From a virus (taxonomy: Duplodnaviria > Caudoviricetes): a stretch of DNA of 64,000 nucleotides. The notes below the pieces were generated by a model. The model did not search any database and was not told the origin of the DNA. It saw nothing but the letters and a program-made list of their open reading frames with translations. A program made the position numbers and the translations under genes. Location of the stretch: IMG/VR virus record IMGVR_UViG_3300037424_001630, positions 1 through 64,000 of that record; one strand, 5' to 3'. Shown piece by piece: positions 59,956 through 64,000 of the stretch (position 1 is the first letter of the stretch; each line of letters begins with the position of its first letter).

Positions 59956-61601
59956 CGACCCCCAGGTTCGTCACGTCCGTGCGCGCGCTGCCGGGACCGC
60001 TGCCGCAGGTCACCCCGGCCGAGGGCGTCACGTTCACGGACGAGTACGTCGAGGGCGGCGCGCCGGGGGGGCGGTACCTCATCCGGGGGGTGCCGACCCA
60101 GACCCGGGGCGAGCTGCACGTCGTGACGGGGGACCGCGTGACCGTGATGTGGAAGCGCGGCGTGCCGTGGATGATCCTGAACGTCGCGTCCCGGAAGGGC
60201 TCCGGGCATGACGCCGCCGATGAGGGCGGGGGGGTCGTCGAGGAGCTGATCCAGGCGCCCCTGGAGGCGCCGGGGTTCCTCTTCCCGGACACGGACGTCT
60301 GGTTCCGGAACGCGGAGATGATCGAGCCGCTGAACCTGCTGTCGCTCCTGGGCGTGCCGACCGTCGGGTTCGCCCGAGTGCGCGGGTGGGGGTCGCAGAA
60401 GCGGCACTTCCTCGCCAAGAGCGCGGCGAACACCCTCCACGTCGTCAAGATCACCGGCGAACCGGACTCCGCGCAGACAGACGCGCCGGTGGCGTCGCTC
60501 GTGTCCACCGTCAACCTCCTCAACAGCACCGTCGTCCTCGGCAGCGTCAGGCTCAGGGTGCCCTCCTCATCGATCGACATCACCACGTCGGTGCAGCTCG
60601 GGACGCTGCTGTCGACCGGCTACAACGTCGGTCCCAACCTCGAGCACATCGAGGGGCGCGTCGAGGACGCGTACATAAACGGGGCGAACGAGGTGGTCAT
60701 CACCGTCGCGGTCACCATCCGGATGGACCCGAACTTCATCCTGGTGGGACCGCGCTGGGTGTACCCAGTCGTCCTGAACGTCACGACGGGTCAGTTCATC
60801 CTCAACGGCCTTACGACTCACAGCGGCCTCCCGGCGCCCGCAGGGGTTGTGCTGGACGGCGCCGACTTCAACCGCGACACGTGGGCCACGTCGGACTTCT
60901 CGCTGAACTACGGCGTCCGGCCTCTGCTGAACAGCGACGGCGACGTCGCCAACGCGATTGTCGGTCTCTCGTACTTCTCCGTCTCCGGCGCCAAGCATTT
61001 CACCGCGCTCCTGACGGGGCTCGGCGGGGGACCAGACCAGACGATCGTTCCGTTCCGCTCGGGGGGCGGAGACCGGGTGTGGCTCATGAGTGCAGATCAG
61101 CGGTACGCGCTCTGGGTTCACCTCGTGCTCGCGTCCGCGGCCACCACCGACCCGCTCGACGACTTCCCCCCGTTCGGGGCGGCGACGTACGACCCGGTGC
61201 ACATGACCGACTTCGTGACATTCCAGGACGTCGAGGTGGCGGCCGACGTCCCGGCCTTTCTCCTGTACAAGCCTGTCATGCTGTCGCCGAGCCTGCTCTT
61301 CGCGCTCAACTCGGAGCCGAACGACCCCGACCAGACCGACGTGGCAACGGAGTTCGCCGAGTTCCGGAGCGCCGGGGGGGAGATCACGCTCGACCAGACG
61401 GTCGTGGAGGTGGCGGGATCTGAGGAGGCGTCGGCGCTCAAGCCGTACTCCGAGGTGCCGGCGGCGACCTTCATCCCCCAGTACCTCGCGGACTTCGTTG
61501 CGGACCCCGCCGTCCCGACGGACCTCGGCTTCCTGCTCGGCTTCCTCAAGTACCAGACGATCGAGGACGACGACTCGGGCTTCGACTTCCCGCAGCCGTG
61601 A
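59952..61601 (+). CDS. Large tail-tip/receptor-binding candidate
   Basis: GTG 59952; last gene of the tail block; beta-rich. Confidence 0.5.
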   Translation: MTTPRFVTSVRALPGPLPQVTPAEGVTFTDEYVEGGAPGGRYLIRGVPTQTRGELHVVTGDRVTVMWKRGVPWMILNVASRKGSGHDAADEGGGVVEELIQAPLEAPGFLFPDTDVWFRNAEMIEPLNLLSLLGVPTVGFARVRGWGSQKRHFLAKSAANTLHVVKITGEPDSAQTDAPVASLVSTVNLLNSTVVLGSVRLRVPSSSIDITTSVQLGTLLSTGYNVGPNLEHIEGRVEDAYINGANEVVITVAVTIRMDPNFILVGPRWVYPVVLNVTTGQFILNGLTTHSGLPAPAGVVLDGADFNRDTWATSDFSLNYGVRPLLNSDGDVANAIVGLSYFSVSGAKHFTALLTGLGGGPDQTIVPFRSGGGDRVWLMSADQRYALWVHLVLASAATTDPLDDFPPFGAATYDPVHMTDFVTFQDVEVAADVPAFLLYKPVMLSPSLLFALNSEPNDPDQTDVATEFAEFRSAGGEITLDQTVVEVAGSEEASALKPYSEVPAATFIPQYLADFVADPAVPTDLGFLLGFLKYQTIEDDDSGFDFPQP

Positions 61602-61644
61602 CCCAGCCCCCTCCGGAGCCCTCAAATAGCCTCCGTGCGGCGCT

Positions 61645-61668
61645 AGGCGCCTCAGGGCGGCGCTTTTT
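61645..61668 (+). terminator. Intrinsic terminator ending the tail operon
   Basis: aggcgcc-tcagggc-ggcgctt stem-loop followed by TTTTT. Confidence 0.55.
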
Positions 61669-61748
61669 CCTGAAACCCCACTTCCCACCCGCCTGCGGCG
61701 CCAAGGAGGAAATCTAGACTGGGTACAGCGGAAGCGGATAGGTAGGGC

Positions 61749-63224
61749 ATGACGGAGCGCTCTACGATCACCGCGGGAGCCGTCTGGGCTCGCCTGGACG
61801 CCCCCTCCGACGTGCTGGCGGCGGCCCGGGCCGCCCTGGCTGTCCTCGACCCTGACGCAGCGCACAAGCGCGCGTTCCAGTCGGGGCGGTGGGACGGTCA
61901 GGTGCAGTTCATGCGCCGGCCGGGGAACGACTTCCTGGCTGGGCTGACGTGGAGGGTCGCCGCGGCCGTCACCATGGCTGGATACGAGCGGCCGAAGATC
62001 GGCTGGCCGTCAGTCCGGGAGCACCCGCCCCTCTCCGGCCCGCTCCGAGGCATCGAGTGGCGCCCGTACCAGGTCGCGGCGGTGGACAAGGCGCTCCGCG
62101 CCCGCCGGATGGCGATGCAGTGCCCGACGCGGTCGGGGAAGACGGAGATGGGCATCGAGTTCGTCCGCCGCGTCGGCGGGCGGGCGCTCTGGGTGACGCA
62201 CACCCGGGAGCTACTGCGCCAGACGCCGGAGCGCTTCCGCGACCGGCTCGGAGTGGAGTGCGGGGTCGTCGGCGGCGCGACGCGGACCGACGGTCCGGTC
62301 GTCGTCGGGATGGTCCAGACGCTCATTAAACTCGTTAATAAAGAGCCTCAATTCTTTGAACAGTTCGACGTGCTGGTGATGGACGAGGCGCACCACGCGG
62401 GTGCGGACACGTGGCAGGACGTCGCCCGGGCGTGCGCGAGGGCGTCGCACCGCCTCGGGCTCAGCGGGACCATGTCGACGGGCAACCGCGTCACCGACCT
62501 CAGGATCGAGGGTGCGCTGGGACCGACCCACGTCGTCTCGACCACGGTGGAGCTCGCCGACATGGGGTTCGTGGCTCGCCCTCGGGTGGTCCTCGTCAGC
62601 GTGTCCCCGCCTTCGTACCCGGCGTACGAGGAAGTGCGCGAGGCGGTCTGCCCGAACTGGCGCGACGACCCGCAGGGGCTCCTGTCCCGGCTGGGCGGCG
62701 CCCTCTTCCGGGAGTCGTACCGGCGCGGCATCACGGAGAACGAGGAGCGCAACTGGAGGATCATCCACATCGCCACCGGGCACGCCGACGCCGGCGACAA
62801 GTTCCTGGTCCTGTGCAACCGGGTACCCCACGCGCAGCGGCTCCACGCGGACATCGAGCGGAGAACGTCGTCACCCGTGTGGGTGCTGGACGGTGGCGCC
62901 CTTGACGACGAGCGCCGGAGGACCCTGGCGAAGTTCAAGGCGGTCGGCGGGGGCGCCGTCCTGGTCTGCACGCCGTTCTTCCGGGAGGGGGTCGACCTGC
63001 CCCAGATAGACGCGGGCATGCTGGCCGGCGGGGGCGAGTCGAGCATCGCTGTCCTCCAGGGGCTCGGGCGCATGCTGACGGTGCGGCCGGACAAGCCGGA
63101 GGTGCTCATCTACGACTTCACCGACGGACGGGACGAGACGCACGAGAAGGACTACCTAGCGCAGCACCGCCTCTCCCGCGTCTCGTTGTACAAGAAAAAC
63201 GGGTTCGTGATCGAAAGGGGATAG
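61749..63224 (+). CDS. SF2 DEAD/DEAH-box helicase
   Basis: WRPYQ (Q motif), CPTRSGKT (Walker A), DEAHH (Walker B), LSGT (motif III), EGVDLP, QGLGR (motif VI). Confidence 0.92.
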   Translation: MTERSTITAGAVWARLDAPSDVLAAARAALAVLDPDAAHKRAFQSGRWDGQVQFMRRPGNDFLAGLTWRVAAAVTMAGYERPKIGWPSVREHPPLSGPLRGIEWRPYQVAAVDKALRARRMAMQCPTRSGKTEMGIEFVRRVGGRALWVTHTRELLRQTPERFRDRLGVECGVVGGATRTDGPVVVGMVQTLIKLVNKEPQFFEQFDVLVMDEAHHAGADTWQDVARACARASHRLGLSGTMSTGNRVTDLRIEGALGPTHVVSTTVELADMGFVARPRVVLVSVSPPSYPAYEEVREAVCPNWRDDPQGLLSRLGGALFRESYRRGITENEERNWRIIHIATGHADAGDKFLVLCNRVPHAQRLHADIERRTSSPVWVLDGGALDDERRRTLAKFKAVGGGAVLVCTPFFREGVDLPQIDAGMLAGGGESSIAVLQGLGRMLTVRPDKPEVLIYDFTDGRDETHEKDYLAQHRLSRVSLYKKNGFVIERG

Positions 63225-63231
63225 TGGGACC

Positions 63232-63987
63232 GTGGACTACCTCGAGATCCTCCGCGACATCACGCCGTCTGCGTGCAAGGTGTACGCCGCCCTCTTGTAC
63301 CTGGGGCGCACGGGCAAGCCAGTCGAGGTGGCGTACAGCGAGCTGATGGGGCTCACGAACCAGTCATTCCCCACCGTACTCGATTGCGTGAAAGAATTGA
63401 TAGCGCGGGGGCTCGTGGGGCAAGACCCGGAGAAGCGCTACCTCGTGCCAACCGGGATCATAAAGTTTAACAAACTCAGTGAAAACTCTTGTAAAAATAA
63501 TTTCTATAACCCCGTAGGGGTTACTAATCTTCATCCTAGAATCATGAAACGGATGAAGGGGAAGAGGGGTGGGGGGTCCGGGGGGAGGGGGGATTTCAAG
63601 GAGGACACGGTCAACGGCATCACGTTCGAGGAGCGCCGCGCAGTTACGATCCAGGCGGCGAGCATCCTCGGTGCCCCTCGGGGCGACCTGAAGTACACGA
63701 GCGTCGCGCAGGCGAAGCTGTACCGCATCTTGAAGGGGGGTTTCACGACCGCCGACGCGTTGGAGGTCGTCCGGTACTGTCGCGCGGAATACGACCGGGG
63801 CGACAGGTTCAAGAAGCTCATAAACCTGATCTACGTCTGGTCGGCCACGCAGTTTACCGCCCTCCTGACCGCGGCGCGGACGACTCCCGCCCACGGGAAG
63901 GCGTACTCGACGATCGACGACCCGGAGGCGCGCCGGAAGTGGTCCGAGGACTATCAGCGCCGCGTCAGGGAGAGGGGATTGGCATGA
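63232..63987 (+). CDS. Phage replication initiator-like protein (N-terminal winged helix)
   Basis: KVYAALL...SELMGLTNQS...CVKELIARGLV HTH pattern; internal AT-rich patch; next gene starts at 63984 and is cut by the window. Confidence 0.65.
   Translation: MDYLEILRDITPSACKVYAALLYLGRTGKPVEVAYSELMGLTNQSFPTVLDCVKELIARGLVGQDPEKRYLVPTGIIKFNKLSENSCKNNFYNPVGVTNLHPRIMKRMKGKRGGGSGGRGDFKEDTVNGITFEERRAVTIQAASILGAPRGDLKYTSVAQAKLYRILKGGFTTADALEVVRYCRAEYDRGDRFKKLINLIYVWSATQFTALLTAARTTPAHGKAYSTIDDPEARRKWSEDYQRRVRERGLA
63455..63560. other. Candidate replication origin inside the initiator gene
   Basis: Most AT-rich stretch of the window; palindromes AGTTT-AAC-AAACT and TAACCCC-GTA-GGGGTTA (63507-63523). Confidence 0.45.
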
Positions 63988-64000
63988 ACCTGGACCGGGA

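Noticed and set aside
1-64000. Integrase, attachment sites, prophage boundary or host genes
   Set aside because: None recognisable; free phage versus prophage and host identity cannot be decided from this window

Overview
GC-rich window that reads almost entirely on the + strand as part of a tailed dsDNA phage or prophage genome with siphovirus-type morphogenesis genes. Gene order: Gp88-like fragment, a five-glycosyltransferase/methyltransferase cluster, DNA methyltransferase, MuF head-morphogenesis protein, small accessory genes (3'-5' exonuclease, ParB-like, DUF4338/DruA-like), two tRNAs, a GGQ release-factor-like gene, a 14.4 kb array of five translationally coupled multi-domain polyproteins, a displaced tail-appendage block, lysis cassette, XkdF-type protease, scaffold, major capsid, connectors, tail tube, chaperones, tape measure, tail-tip genes, SF2 helicase and a replication initiator. 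No terminase, portal or integrase is recognisable in the window. The standout is a putative 'tagged cargo' system. A ~20-aa tag (K-[ADE]0-1-[YF]-x-E-x-E-HPRDE-x-G-[RKQ]-W-x-x-GG, or the variant YSADQPRDE) occurs 17 times by my count, in frame in MuF and the five polyproteins. It usually sits directly before a different enzyme-like domain (ADP-ribosyltransferases, JAB/MPN, zincin peptidases, GNAT, ParB-like, and a five-copy uncharacterised PDG-His domain). Other cargo domains (2H phosphoesterase, degenerate ligase, InPase, HAD) follow a bare Lys junction or another module. The same Lys junction recurs in the capsid, scaffold and protease proteins, suggesting protease-released, capsid-packaged effectors that are shuffled by recombination at the tag DNA. 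All domain calls come from motifs recognised by eye; no searches were run.
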